Origin: Eledone cirrhosa
Taxonomy: Eukaryota
Reading direction: 5' to 3'
DNA: 64,000 nt
Assembly (NCBI GenBank): GCA_964016885.1
Contig: OZ024743.1
Span: forward strand, 227,726,001 to 227,790,000
Shown piece after piece: positions 12,554 through 26,366 of this stretch. Made by a program: the position numbers and the translations under genes. The stretch's first letter is position 1. The number at the start of each line of letters is the position of its first letter. A model generated the notes under the pieces. It was not told where the DNA came from and did not search any database. It saw only the letters and a program-made list of their open reading frames with translations.

Positions 12554-13076
12554 GAATGAAAGACTACATTTATCCATACTTACTTATTGACATATTCACA
12601 TAACTATGTACAATGTACAAAATAAATAACGTTCAATTATTCCTACATGCAAACATAACATACATAGACACATATATACAAGAATATAGCCATAGATAGA
12701 TACAATTATATATACAGAATGAGTTAGGGTGATATGGAGAGAGACATACACACTATCATAACTATAATGTAACGCAGATGTTCTTTAGATTTCGATTCAC
12801 AATTTGCTTGCCTTCGCAAATTTGAAATATTCTTCGCACTTAATGCATATGCATGTAAATACATTGCATATAAATCTACGAACAATACAATCCACATATG
12901 TACACAAATACCTCCCTCCACACATATATATATATATATATTTAAACATATCCAACACTAATTTGCATAATAGACTAAATAAATTTGATAACCCCACTAT
13001 CCGGGAACTTCCAACAGAAATGGTCGCATTCTTTAAGGGTATGTCAATATTTATTTTAAAACTGATTTATATTATA

Positions 13077-13135
13077 TTTTATCTGATGAAAGCACACCAT
13101 AATTTAACTTGGTGTCCTTGAAATATGTATAATGA
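13077..13135 (+). ncRNA. Hammerhead-like motif, degenerate (family K)
   Basis: TTAT-CTGATGA-AAG-CACACCA..TGGTGT-C-CTT-GAAAT-ATGTATAA; stem III and cleavage register imperfect; homologue at 28233-28286 (-). Confidence 0.45.
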
Positions 13136-13180
13136 AATAAATATGGTTTTATAAATATAGTTTCCATTTGTTACTATATC

Positions 13181-13227
<47 letters not shown>

Positions 13228-13230
<3 letters not shown>

Positions 13231-13434
13231 GGAATAGAATGAAACGAAATTTTATTTCTCACTCTTAGTACGGCAGTTACTTAAATGTAAGTATGTATGT
13301 ATACGTACATACATATATGTATACAGACGTACAGTAGTATGTATATATACATATATATGTGTGCATGTATGTATATATATACATACTACTGTACGTCTGT
13401 ATACATATATGTATGTACGTATACATACATACTT

Positions 13435-13435
<1 letters not shown>
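13228..13435 (-). mobile_element. Family E 3' end with inverted duplication
   Basis: Reverse complement of about 45810-45931; about 13288-13435 is palindromic (TACAGACGTACAGTAGTA..TACTACTGTACGTCTGTA). Confidence 0.65.
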
Positions 13436-13506
<71 letters not shown>

Positions 13507-14005
13507 CAAGTACATATATGTTTATATATATATATACATATATGTGCTTGTAATATCAATATATATGTATATGTATACACACATACATGCATATATATAT
13601 ATATATATATATACGTCTATATATACATATTGTGTCATATAATATACTATAGGCAAGCTTGTTGATGCTATAAGGATATTATTTCAACTGATACATATTC
13701 CATCACCAGACTGATCTTCTACTGTGTTAGATGTACTTACTTATATGTATGTTTGTATGTGTGTATAGATATGTGTATATCTGTGTACAATATATATGAA
13801 TATTTGGTGTGAGAGTGTGTGTTTATGTGTGTATATATGTTTTTGTATAAGTTTTCGTAAATGTGTTAGTGTGCATGTATATTTCTGTAGATGTGTAAGC
13901 GCGTTGTATGCCTGTGTGTATATATATATGTCTGGGTGTGTGAACATAAATTTGTTAGTGTATATATGTGTATTTGTATGTGTGAATGATCGTATATGAG
14001 ATAGC

Positions 14006-14078
<73 letters not shown>

Positions 14079-14447
14079 GCTGCGCATATACCTGTGTATG
14101 TGTGCTTAGACGTGTTAGACTATATATGTATAATTGTGCATCTTTGTTTGAATGTCCATATGTCTGTGTATATTTACATAAATGTGTTAAATTATATGCG
14201 TATGTGTGTGTTTGTGTGTGTCAGGTACTGTGTATGTCCATGTTAGTGAGTGTGTGTATGTGTGAGTATGTTTCACTATGATTGTTCAAGAAAGAAAAAA
14301 AGTAGACACTTAACGAATGGAGCTTATAATGTAACAATATATTGCATCAAGAGTCAATTATATTCACAGATGTGTCATGTTGGGTGCGGATGCATTCATG
14401 TATATGTGTGTGTCCGCATGTATCTGTGTGTTTCTAAATATATATAC

Positions 14448-14478
<31 letters not shown>

Positions 14479-14529
14479 CATATATATACATATATATACA
14501 TGTATACATACATATATATATATACATGT

Positions 14530-14574
<45 letters not shown>

Positions 14575-14682
14575 CAAACTCTATCTCTAACCCTCTCTCT
14601 CCGTCTGTGTGCATGTGTGTTTATATTTCTGTCTATATATGTGCGTGCGTCTGCATATAAATGCATATACGTGAAGTTGTGT

Positions 14683-14722
<40 letters not shown>

Positions 14723-14751
14723 GTGAAGTTATGTTCACTAAATCTTCACAT

Positions 14752-14936
14752 TAATTGTTTCTACTTTAGGCACAAGGCCAGCAATTACCCAGTGCATTAC
14801 TGGTACTTTATTTTATCGACCCCGTAAGGATGAAAGGCAAAGTCAACCTCGGCGGGATTTGAACTCAGATCGTAAAGAACGTAACTATGCTGGAAAGCAT
14901 GGCGTCCGACCCTCTACCGATACTGCCAATCCACCG
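14752..14936 (-). mobile_element. Main SINE, full length
   Basis: Core, B-box and A-box in reverse. Confidence 0.9.
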
Positions 14937-15050
14937 AATGCAAGTAAAGTATGGTCATCATGGGGAGATATCTAGTAACAACATCAACAAGTCCACCAAC
15001 TACGTTCAAGTGCTTTCATTTGCATAATATAATGTGTGTATTTGTGTGCG

Positions 15051-15084
<34 letters not shown>

Positions 15085-15240
15085 TGGAGAAAGAGAGGCC
15101 AGACTAGCGCGACCACGCTATTTTAAAGATAGCGAATGTAGCGTTGTATATGTTGATAACCATTTTTTTATGAGTGAGCTTTTAGAATGAGTTCGAGAAA
15201 GTAAAAAGAGAGTGCCACACATACGTGTGCGTGCACATAC

Positions 15241-15373
15241 ATAATTGTTTTTACTTTTGGCACAAGGTCAGTAATTATATCAGTGCATTACTGGTACATT
15301 ATTTTGTCGACCTTGTAAGGATGAAAGATAAAGTTAACCTCGGCGGGATTTGAACTCAGAGTGTAAAGGGCCG
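15241..15373 (-). mobile_element. Main SINE, 5'-truncated, with 16-bp TSD
   Basis: CGTGCACATACATAAT at 15230-15245 and 15372-15387. Confidence 0.88.
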
Positions 15374-15751
15374 TGCACATACATAATGTGAACATGTTTT
15401 GACTGATGTATAAGTATGGGCAGATAAGGTTATGTATGTGTGTGCATCTGTACAATGTTATTTCATTCCATAATTTATTTATTTTATTAAGCAAGTTGCA
15501 CTCTAACTGCAATAATGAGAAGAAATAACAAACAATATCATGAACAAAAACCCTAGGGAATGGATTAACCATTTTTCTTTCTTTATTTATTTGTTGTTGC
15601 TTTTGTGTGGATTTTCCTTGTTTGTTGTTTTTTTTTAAACATTTTTTTCTTTCTAAGTTTTGTTTTTAACCTTTATTTTCCTTTTTATTACTTTTATAAT
15701 CTTTTCTTTCAAGCGTTGGAAAATTACTTCATGATATTTGTTCCTGCTTTA

Positions 15752-16356
15752 AATTCTGAGCTGAAATTCCGCCGAGGTCACTTTTGCCTTTTATCCTTCC
15801 GGGGTCGATAGTCAACTAAAGGGGCTCGATATAACCGACATCCAACTCCATGCAAAATTACTTGCTTTGTCCCTCAATTTGAAATATTCATTCTTACGGG
15901 GTCGATTAAATAAAGTACCAATAGCACACCGGGATCAATTTATTCAACTTCATCCTTCCGTTCATATTGATGGCTTTTTGCCAAATGTAGAAACAATTAT
16001 TAATTTTATTTACGTTCTGAGTTCAAATCCCACCGAGGTTAGCTTTGCCTTTCATCCTTACGAAGTCGATAAAATAAAGTATCTGTCAAGCACTGGGGTC
16101 GATATAAATGACTTTCGCCTCCCAACAAATAAATAATGGCCTTCTGCCTAAATCACAAAACATTATTTATGCCATGCTTTCCAGTATAGTTACGTCCCTT
16201 TACGATCTGAGTTCAAATTTCGCCGAGGTTGACTTTGCCTTTCATCCTTACGGGGTCGATAAAATAAAGTACCAGTAATGCACTGGGGTCGATTTATTGA
16301 CCTTTCCCTTGCCCTTCAAATTGCTGGCCTTGTGCCTATAGTAGAAAGTTTTTATT
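15752..16356 (+). mobile_element. Cluster of 3-4 SINE copies of differing divergence
   Basis: Repeated B-box plus TTTGCCTTTCATCCTT core at about 15755, 16016 and 16207. Confidence 0.8.
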
Positions 16357-16366
16357 GTAATTATTT

Positions 16367-17225
16367 GTGTTGTTGTTGTTGTTAGAGGTTATGGTGGCGG
16401 TGGTGATGGGGGTGTGGGGGGGGGGTTGTGGTGGTGGTTGTGGTGTTGTTGGTGATGGTGGTGGGTGTGGTGGTGGTGGTTGTGGTGGAAGTGGTGATTG
16501 TGGTGTTGATGATGATGGTGTTGGTGGTGGTTGTGGTGGTGGTGGTGGTGGTGGTGGTTGTGGTGGTGGTGGTTGTGGTGATGGTGGTGGTCGTCGTCGT
16601 GGTCTTGGTGGTGGTGGTGGTGGTGGTGGTTGTGGTGGTGGTGGTGGTTGTGGTGGTAGTGGTGGTGGTGGTCGTCGTGGTGTTGGTGGTGGCGGTTGTG
16701 GTGTTGGTGGTTGTGGTGGTGGTGGTGGTTGTGGTGTTGGTGTTGGTGGTGGTGGTTGTGGTGGTGGTGGTGGTGGTGGTGGTGGGGGTGTTGTTGTTGG
16801 TGGTGGTTGTGGTGTTGGTGGTTGTGGTGGTGGTGGTGGTTGTGGTGTTGGTGTTGGTGGTGGTGGTGGGTGTGGTGTTGGTGGTGGTGGTTGTGGTGGT
16901 GGTGGTGGTGGTGGTGTTGTTGGTGGTGGTGGTTGTGGTGTTGGTGGTTTTGGTGGTGGTGGTGGTTGTGGGGTTGGTGTTGGTGGTGGTGGGTGTGGTG
17001 GTGGTGGTTGTGGTGTTGTTGTTGGTGGTGGTGGTTGTGGTGTTGGTGGTTGTGGTGGTGGTGGTGGTTGTGGTGTTGGTGTTGGTGGTGGTGGGTGTGG
17101 TGTTGGTGGTGGTGATTGTGGTGGTGGTGGTGGTGGTGGTGGTTGTGTTGTTGGAGGTAATGGTGGTGGTTGTGGTATTGTTGCTGTTGTTGTTGGTGGT
17201 GGTGGTGGTGGTGACGATGATGTTG
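16367..17225. repeat. Degenerate (GGT/GTT)n tract with higher-order repeats
   Basis: Open in all three plus frames (poly-G/V/W), typical of a trinucleotide repeat. Confidence 0.85.
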
Positions 17226-17358
17226 ATATTTTTGCTTGTTTTATTGTTGTTATCTATTTTATTTTGTTCTGTTTTTAAACTACAGTCATTGTGTATATTT
17301 ACTTTATCCCGTAGTTATATTGATGGTTCAACATCCTGAACTATTTCCTTTCCTTATC

Positions 17359-17416
<58 letters not shown>

Positions 17417-17618
17417 CATCATCATCATCATCATCATCAATGTCCTTCAGTTGAAAGTTTACAAACCTTGAAAAAACATCTGCAGTGTTGTTGGTTGTTT
17501 GATTTACCGATTTAAGTTTCAAATAACTTGCCAGAGACCAAGCTCTTTGTCTTCTTCTTCTTCTTCTTCTTCTTCTTCTACCACCTCCTCATCCATATCA
17601 TTTTCCTCCTCCTCCTCC

Positions 17619-17658
<40 letters not shown>

Positions 17659-18578
17659 TATCATCATCAAAATCATCATCATCTTTATCATCATCATTAT
17701 CATTATCATCATCATCCTTATCATTATCATCATCGTCGTCGTCATCATCATCATCATCATCGTCGTCATCATCATCATCATCATCATTGTCATCATCATC
17801 ATCATCATCATTATCCTCATCATCATCATCAATATATTACTCCTCGCCATCCTTCCTTCTCCTGCCTGTGTATTGGAGGGAGAGTGGATGACCAACGTAT
17901 GTTATCCCTTTTTCTACTAATTTAATCTTTCTTGGTTCTTTCAATCTTTTTGTAATGTTAGCAAACTTATTTACTATTTATACATGGGAGTGTATTTGGT
18001 GTATAATATACACCACACAAGGATATACACTGTATATCATTGTACTAAGATGAGTGGGTTTGTGAGGTTGCTTGTTAATCAGATAGAGAGAGAGAGTGTG
18101 TGTGTGTGGGGGGGGGGGGGTCTGTGTGTGACGCCTACGTCTCCCTAATACACGTACATATGTATACATAATAACCAAAACCACCAGATCACGTAATCAC
18201 TTACTGATAAATTTGTTTGGGGAATGGAAAATATAAAATGTATGTGCTGTTATAAATTCCACTCTACATCTCGCTGTCAATCACACTGTTGATAAGACTC
18301 GTCTACTCTCTGATCAGTGGCATGACCATAGCTGGTTACATGTATATCGTCTTCCTCAATGATTAACGTATGTGTGCAATCTGGCCAACTGAGTTCGAAT
18401 TTTAATAATACAAACTTAATTGGTTGTTGAGTGAGTGATGAAATGACCGAAGCTATCTCCGTTCTATTAGACAAGTTTCGTCTCTTAATTATATATATAA
18501 ATGTGTGTGTGTTTAGGTGTGTGAGTGTATGTGTTTATGTCTGTGTATGTGTGGTGTGCGCGTACACACACACACGCA

Positions 18579-18663
<85 letters not shown>

Positions 18664-18751
18664 ATATATATATTTGCCAACGGCTTTACCTTATAGATAT
18701 ATCGATCTTCGGACAATAAAAATAACTTCTGTTTATTTATTTATCCATCTG

Positions 18752-18833
<82 letters not shown>

Positions 18834-19148
18834 TCTCTCTGTCTCTCTCTCTCTCTATATATATATATCTTTCTCTCTCCCTCTATCTCACTCTCTCTCA
18901 CTCTCTCTCACTCTCTCTATCTATCTATCAATCTCTCTGCCTTTCTATCTGTGTAATCAAGGAATTATAAAATTTATATTTTTGTTATAGTTCCCGGAAA
19001 TGTCTTAGTCCAAGTATAACTGAGATCAAGCTGCATTTAATGTTCAATAGGTATTGTTTTGTTTTGCTATAGAAAAAATATATTTTGTTGTCATGAGTAA
19101 CCTTCCAAAAAGATATCTTGCTTTACTCTAAAGAGATCATAATATATT

Positions 19149-19368
19149 GTGGATTGGCAGTATCTGTAGAGGGTCGGACGCCATGCTTTGCAGCAAAGAG
19201 TTACGGCCCTTTATGATCTGAGTTCACATCCCGCCAAGGTTAACTTTGCCTTTCATCATTACGGGATCGATAAAATAAAGTACCAGTCATGCACTGGGGT
19301 CGATTTAATCGACTTTCCCCTCTCCCAAAATTGCTGGCCTTGTGCCTATATAAGAAACCAATATATTA
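19149..19368 (+). mobile_element. Main SINE, long variant
   Basis: A/B boxes, core and hairpin insert. Confidence 0.88.
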
Positions 19369-19369
19369 T

Positions 19370-20000
19370 GACTCATTCATACCTTGGTTGCTTCTTTCTA
19401 GAGCATTTCATTTGTCCATCTAGCAGTTCATGAGGACATTGTCATTGAAGATTACAACTTTCTGTAATACCTGATTGGCTGTGGGAGTACCTAGCACATC
19501 CCCTAGTAATCGGATATTTTTTAGCAACACTAGTGGCGGCCCTTGATGGTCTAGCTGCTTGTTTTCTCTTCATATCTCTAATCTCCATTTCGTCCTTACA
19601 AATGTCAACGTCAGTATCTGGTCCCTCTGATAATATTCCTCCTGCACATTCTCCACATTCAGCCACCTCTCACAGTAACATTTCCAAGCCTCTTTCTTCT
19701 CCTCGTTGGTAAGGGTAAATACACCACTGTCGTTTCGAACTTATGTTTCTCCTACAAATCTTGATTCACACTGACACACTGCTTTGCAATCTGGAACCTT
19801 TTTTTTTTATTTCGTTTTTTTTTTTTCTTTTTTCGTTTTAAGTATATTCAAAGTCTAGCGCCACTTCTAGCAATCTTATAAAACTCTTGCTCAACTTCCT
19901 AGTCAATCGTTTTAGGCATGTCTCTTAGCTTTTATTGCTCGTTGTACTATGCCGTTCTAACACCCTGTCATCTTTCACCAAGCTAGTACCTTGCTTAATC
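19370..20000 (-). pseudogene. Highly decayed LINE fragment, probably RTE-like (pre-RT region)
   Basis: ORF 19442-19666 reads EGP..IRDMKRKQAARPS, resembling the MK.GKA.GP.G motif upstream of LINE RT. Confidence 0.4.
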
Positions 20001-20780
20001 GATAGTTCGTGTCTTTGTCTCACAGGAAATCTCACGTAAAAACTCCCAGTTCTCTTTTATTTTATAGATTAATATTACTTCCTCTTTCTCTATATAAACA
20101 TCATTTAGTATCTTCTCAAACCTATGTTATAGAAAGATCTTTGCGCGTTTATTCTTTAATTCTTTTATATCTCCATAGTTTATTTATTTGGCAATCAACG
20201 CTTATCATTGATTGACCAACGGTTAAAAATACAGATAGAAATATATATATATAGTCTATCAAAGTTCTTTCGTTGCACAACTGCAACATCATCAGTGGTA
20301 TTATTATCATGTTCCCTTCTATTGTATTGTAATGTTTACGCCATTTTTATTTTATTTATTTATTTATTTTTGTCTCTGTCTCTGCGCATGCGTTTGCGTG
20401 TGTGTATAATGTTTGGCATGTGTGTTCGTGTTTGGGTTATGTGTTTTGGTTTTTGCAGTCAATCTTTGTTTACTAGTGTGTGTTTATATATGTTTGTTGT
20501 TATTGTACTTGTGTATATTTTTATTTATTTATTTATTCATATTTCCCTTAAGTCAGTATTGTTTGTTTGGGTATGGTTGTTGTTCTTCCATTCGTTTTTC
20601 TGTTTCACTTTGGTTTTCCAAGCTCTATTTCACTTGCTTCTCTGATTTGCCTACCTGTGGGGGTCATTTCTATGTTAAGATATTATTTTAATTTCTATGT
20701 TGTTTATATTACCGTCATGTCTTTGTCTGGCGTGTTCGTATAGTACTGAACCGTTTGTTTTTTTGTCCTTTTAATTCCCC

Positions 20781-20966
20781 CTAGGTTTGGTCCCTTCTTT
20801 CTCCTATGCTTCGAGCTGCCTCACCTATGTATGTCGTTGTCATGTTTCTGCAAGTACCCTCTGTACATCTTATGCTATAGACTACATTTCTAGTTTTACA
20901 GTTTATCTGGGCGTTCATTTTACATATAACAAAACAGTGAGTGTGTTCTGTTATTATTTCTGGCAA
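20781..20966 (-). pseudogene. Penelope-type GIY-YIG endonuclease fragment
   Basis: NCKTRNVVYSIRCTEGTCRNMTTTYIGEAARSIGER fits C..NVVY.I.C..C..YIGE..R...R. Confidence 0.75.
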
Positions 20967-20972
20967 TATTGA

Positions 20973-21193
20973 GGGCAGTGGATTGGCAGTATCGGTAGAG
21001 GGTCAGACGCCATGCTTTGCAGCATAGAGTTACGGCTCTTTATGATCTGAGCTCAAATCCCGCTGAGGTTAACTTTGCTTTTCATCCTTATGGGGTCGAT
21101 AAAATAAAGTACCACTCACGCACTGGGGTCGATTTAATCGACTTTCCTCTCCCCCCAAATTACTGGCCTTGTGCCTATATAAGAAACCATTAT
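20973..21193 (+). mobile_element. Main SINE, long variant, with probable TSD
   Basis: ATTAT(T/C)TCTGGCAATATT on both sides. Confidence 0.88.
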
Positions 21194-21267
21194 CTCTGGC
21201 AATATTATTACAACAATATGACCCTCCCCAAGTATAACAATATATATATATATATATATATATATGA

Positions 21268-21374
21268 CTTGTGAGGAAGAGCTAAAGTCCGACACGTCGA
21301 ACTTTCTTCCCCATTGCCATATAAAGCGTGAAAGTAATAAGACGGTATGTACCTCTGTTTTGTCGTTTCCTTGA
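21268..21374 (+). mobile_element. PLE 3' end with decayed minimal hammerhead
   Basis: GTGAGGA-AGAGC-TAAA-GTCC-GACAC-GTC, then GCGTGAAAGTAATA and a CTCTGTTTTGTC tail like the element at 9590-9713. Confidence 0.55.
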
Positions 21375-21483
21375 AATATATATATATATATATATATGGG
21401 ATAGTAGTAAGATTCGTATAGATACGTGTATATATATATATGCGGGCGTGTGTGTGAGTGTGTCTATGTGTGTTTCAGTGTGT

Positions 21484-21514
<31 letters not shown>

Positions 21515-21518
<4 letters not shown>

Positions 21519-21732
21519 AACAAGTAAGACCCCGACGGCTGAGCTCAAGCCGTTTCGACGGCTAATTCTGTACTCAATTCTGTACTCAAAATACAGTACA
21601 GAATTAGCCGTCGAAACGGCTTGAGCTCAGCCGTCGGGGTCTTACTTGTTCCTATTACCCACTCTACTACCCTAAGTATTGAGTACTTTGGCGCGTTATG
21701 GTCCACCTGGTTCCTTACCACATTTCCTTCGT

Positions 21733-21733
<1 letters not shown>
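21515..21733 (+). mobile_element. Family B fold-back element
   Basis: Inverted arms of about 60 bp (21515-21573, 21594-21654) plus a 3' tail; between (TA)n tracts. Confidence 0.85.
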
Positions 21734-21800
<67 letters not shown>

Positions 21801-22157
21801 GTTATCTCCCTTGCTGGATACCATGTGCGTCTCAACTAGGGTTGGCTTTTTTATTCGTTTGGACAAAGCCCGTTGATAAAGTATTCCCGTCCGCCGCTTT
21901 CTAGAAGTCTTATATATTTTTATGTGGGCTGATAGGGGGCGGATTAAGGAATTACAGAAACCCAAGAAGCTAGATTTACCATCTTTCTAGTGGGTCCGGG
22001 TAAGCTTTTTACATTCATATGATTTATTGATTTATTGATATTTTATCTGAGTGACGCGAATCTTCCTGATCGTAAATTTTCGGTCGTATGGGTGATTTTA
22101 GACATAATCTTTGTGTGTTGGTATTTTAACGATAGTTATAGCTCTGATTTATCTGAA

Positions 22158-22617
<460 letters not shown>

Positions 22618-23091
22618 TAGATAGATAGATAGACACTATGACAACATCAGAGGCACTTCCCTCCCCACGCCCATTCCAATTGTCATTAACATAAACAAAA
22701 TCATCATCAGCAGCAGCAGCAGCAGTAACACCATCATCATCATTGTCAATAAAAACATCATTATCTACGTCAGCACCACCACTACTAAGCCTCATCATCA
22801 TTATTATATCATAACTATTATCTCACTTTTTCTCCCATCAATACATCCCTGTTATTGTTAATGACTTTGTTATAGCGGCCTAATGTTTAAGTAGAGTGGG
22901 GTGTCATTGTAGTTGTTGTTGTTGTTGTTATTGGTAATGGTGGTGGTGGTGGTGGTGGTGGTGGTAGTGGTAGTTATGTACGAAGCATTTACAGTTCTGA
23001 AACAATGGCTGTGTTCTGATTGTGGGTGGGAAACAGGAAGGCATTCGACATATTCCTACTTGTCAAACCAGTATTGCAAGCACCATTACTG

Positions 23092-23132
<41 letters not shown>

Positions 23133-23142
23133 CATACATACA

Positions 23143-23197
<55 letters not shown>

Positions 23198-23313
23198 GGC
23201 TATATGTATGACAATATATATATATATATTGATGACCTAAGCAATATCTATCCATATTGATTTTTTTTGATTTTCCATAAGTGTGTATGTTGAGTATAAT
23301 TATATTATATATT

Positions 23314-23395
<82 letters not shown>

Positions 23396-24010
23396 CGTGT
23401 GTGCGTGTGTATGTGTGTTTATATAGTCCGTGTACATTTGTGTATAGCATATGCATGTTTTAATTTCTCTAGTATAGTGTGTAGTATGATTGTGAGTGTT
23501 ATGTTATATATGCATATTTTTTATATTTACTTGTTATTTTATTCAGGTCAAGGACACAGAGTATTGAACTGTGCCGTTTTAATGATCTGAATCTATATTT
23601 ACAACCTATATATTTCATCATCGACTATTGATAACAGCGCGTGTGAAACATATATACATATAATAGAGCCACAATTAAAGTAAGTTCACCAATACGTCAG
23701 GTGGAAAAGGTATTATTTTTTCTTTATTTAAATGAAAGGTGACGTTTATAGAACGTTTACAACATAGTTCAGTTTCATCACTGTATGAATCAGAACTAGT
23801 CATGTAATTATCACCTTTCGATGAAATACAAATTAGCTATATAATGTTGAAGGTGCATGTATTCAGGTTCACTGAAAAAACATACGCCCTGGAAGAGAGA
23901 GGTGGCTATCAGAGTCAGCATCGCTGGCAATGTGACCAATCTCAACATGGGATGATGGGACAGGAGACTCAATGGCCAATTTGTAGAGAATTCTATAGCC
24001 ATAATGATGT

Positions 24011-24110
24011 ACTCGCGCTGTGTAGTGATTTAGTTTATATTATCAGGTGTAAAGATGTACAATGTAGAAATACGACTAACATAGGAGAAACGATAACGGA
24101 AAACTGGTGA
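24011..24110 (+). pseudogene. Second Penelope-type GIY-YIG remnant
   Basis: CSDLVYIIRCKDVQCRNTTNIGET. Confidence 0.55.
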
Positions 24111-25939
24111 GAAATCATAGCTTATTAATACTCCACCATCATGCGAACTAGAATATGGTAGTTCACTAGAAAACATTTAGATAAAATTATGTCTACACAC
24201 CGAACAGACGCAATGTCCGGGTTAATGAAGTGACGCAGGTAACATAAAGTAAACTTCCTCAATAGAATAATAACCTCACCACCTAGCGACTGATGACAAT
24301 ATAAGGACACAAAATAATAAATCTATAAGGGTTCACAAACAGACATAAATCCACCCTCAATAGAATACAGGAATAGAATAACAACTACTTTTAGTGACAA
24401 GTGGGGGGGACAATGTGAAATGATAACAAAATCCTGGGATAGAAATGTATATATATATATACATGCAGAGACACACATACAGTCATGCATACATATATAC
24501 ATGCAGAGACACACATAGAGTCATGCATACACGTGTGAAACACAGAGACTTGTGGGTATAGCAGCCTACAAAGACAAAGACAAAAATAAAGAAACAAGCA
24601 CACACGTATGCTCAGACAACATATGTACCATAAAAGACAAATGAGGAGACAGAAGGCCAAGTATAGGAATTGAGAAGGTCACTGATTGTGTAACGAAAGA
24701 TCTGTGACGATTAAATATGACAATTAAACAATCATCTGGTTAGTCAACTAACAAGGAAACGAATTAGGTTCCTCGCAAGTAATGAAATTGAAGTGAATCA
24801 CAACTTGTGTACGTGTTATTATTGGCATCATGACTTTCCAAATTATAAAAATATATTTTCAACACACAATTTCACATCAAGAATCTTACCAAACAGATAC
24901 AAAAATGAAGTGTCTGTGTCTAAATATGTGTGTGTCAGTTTATCTTGTTTGCTTTTCCAAAATATAATATGATATAATATATATATATATATATATATGC
25001 TCACATGACCGATTGAATCTTTTGTAAACGTGGCGCTATGAAAACTCTACATTTTCAGCAACGGTGAGAGCAGTCACGCAAAAGCTAACAAATAATACTT
25101 TACTGCTAAAATGAATTACTTTAACTTTAGCTAGATGTATTTGATGAAGGCCAACTAACCATGAAATTTTGTAAGCAGAACCCATCAATAGAATTATATT
25201 GTATAGCCCGTTTATATTGGTTAGCGTACTTTGTTCATCCTTGTTTGTTAAATTATGTATATAATTATAGATATATCGATCATGAGGTTCCGTGTTCAAT
25301 CCGACTATATGCTGGGCATGTATCTTTACCAACACCTCGGGTTGACTCAAAACTTGTATTGCGGAATCTCGTCACATGGTTTGTAACTGTAATTCAAAGT
25401 ACCAGTCTTGTCACATAGTGTATCACACAGATTCGACTTCGAGGGTTAAGGAAGTACATTAACTCACAAATTAGACGTTCAGTTTATTGATCAACTGAAT
25501 ATTCATCGGTGAAACCCGCAAAAGATCCATCTTATCTGAATGCTTATATGTTTCTGTTTCTGTATCCATATGTTCATATTCGTATTGAGGACTAACTAGC
25601 TTATACCTTGATAAAAAAAAAATAGATGCTTCACCCTCTCGTTACGTCAACCCACGTACACATACAGAAAGACAGACAGATACACACACACACACACACA
25701 CACGCACACAAACACACACAGATCCTTTAATCATTCGATTATACTTGCGTTGAGAGATGGATATTATATGAGGTGGATATTATACTATGCTTTCTAAAAT
25801 GTCCATGGTTGGAAGTCGTTTTTCGTTTTATGACAGGCTGAGTAGATGTACATGTCACTGTTGTAACTAATTATACTTAACTCGTCCAATGGACTGAGTG
25901 CTCTAAGCCTTTGGATATTTACACCAAGTTTGTACTAAC

Positions 25940-26319
25940 TTGGCAGTATCGGTAGAGGGTCAGACATGCTTTCCAGCATAGTTACGTCCCCTTACGATCT
26001 GAGTTCAAATTCTGCCGAGGTTAACTTTGCCTTTCGTCCTTACGGGGTCGATAAAATAAAGTACCAGTAATGCACTGGGTAATTGCTGGCCTTGTGCCAA
26101 ATGTAGAAACAATTATATATATATGTAGGGCGGTGAATTGGCAGTATCTGTAGAGGGTCGGACGCCATGCTTTGCAGCATAGAGTTACGTCCCTTTGCGG
26201 TCTGAGTTTAAATCCTGCCGAGGTTAACTTTGTCTTTCATCCTTACGGGTCGATCAAATATTGTACCAGTAATACACTGATATAATTGCAGGCCTTGTGC
26301 TAAAAGTAGAAACAATTAT
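25940..26319 (+). mobile_element. Two tandem main SINE copies (25940-26116, 26128-26319)
   Basis: A/B boxes, core and tail. Confidence 0.88.
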
Positions 26320-26332
26320 ATATATATGTGTT

Positions 26333-26366
<34 letters not shown>

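Noticed and set aside
16367-17278. 303-aa Gly/Cys-rich ORF resembling a structural protein
   Set aside because: A (GGT)n-derived tract open in all three frames, with a non-ATG start and no unique flanking coding sequence; treated as a simple repeat, although RNA-seq could overturn this
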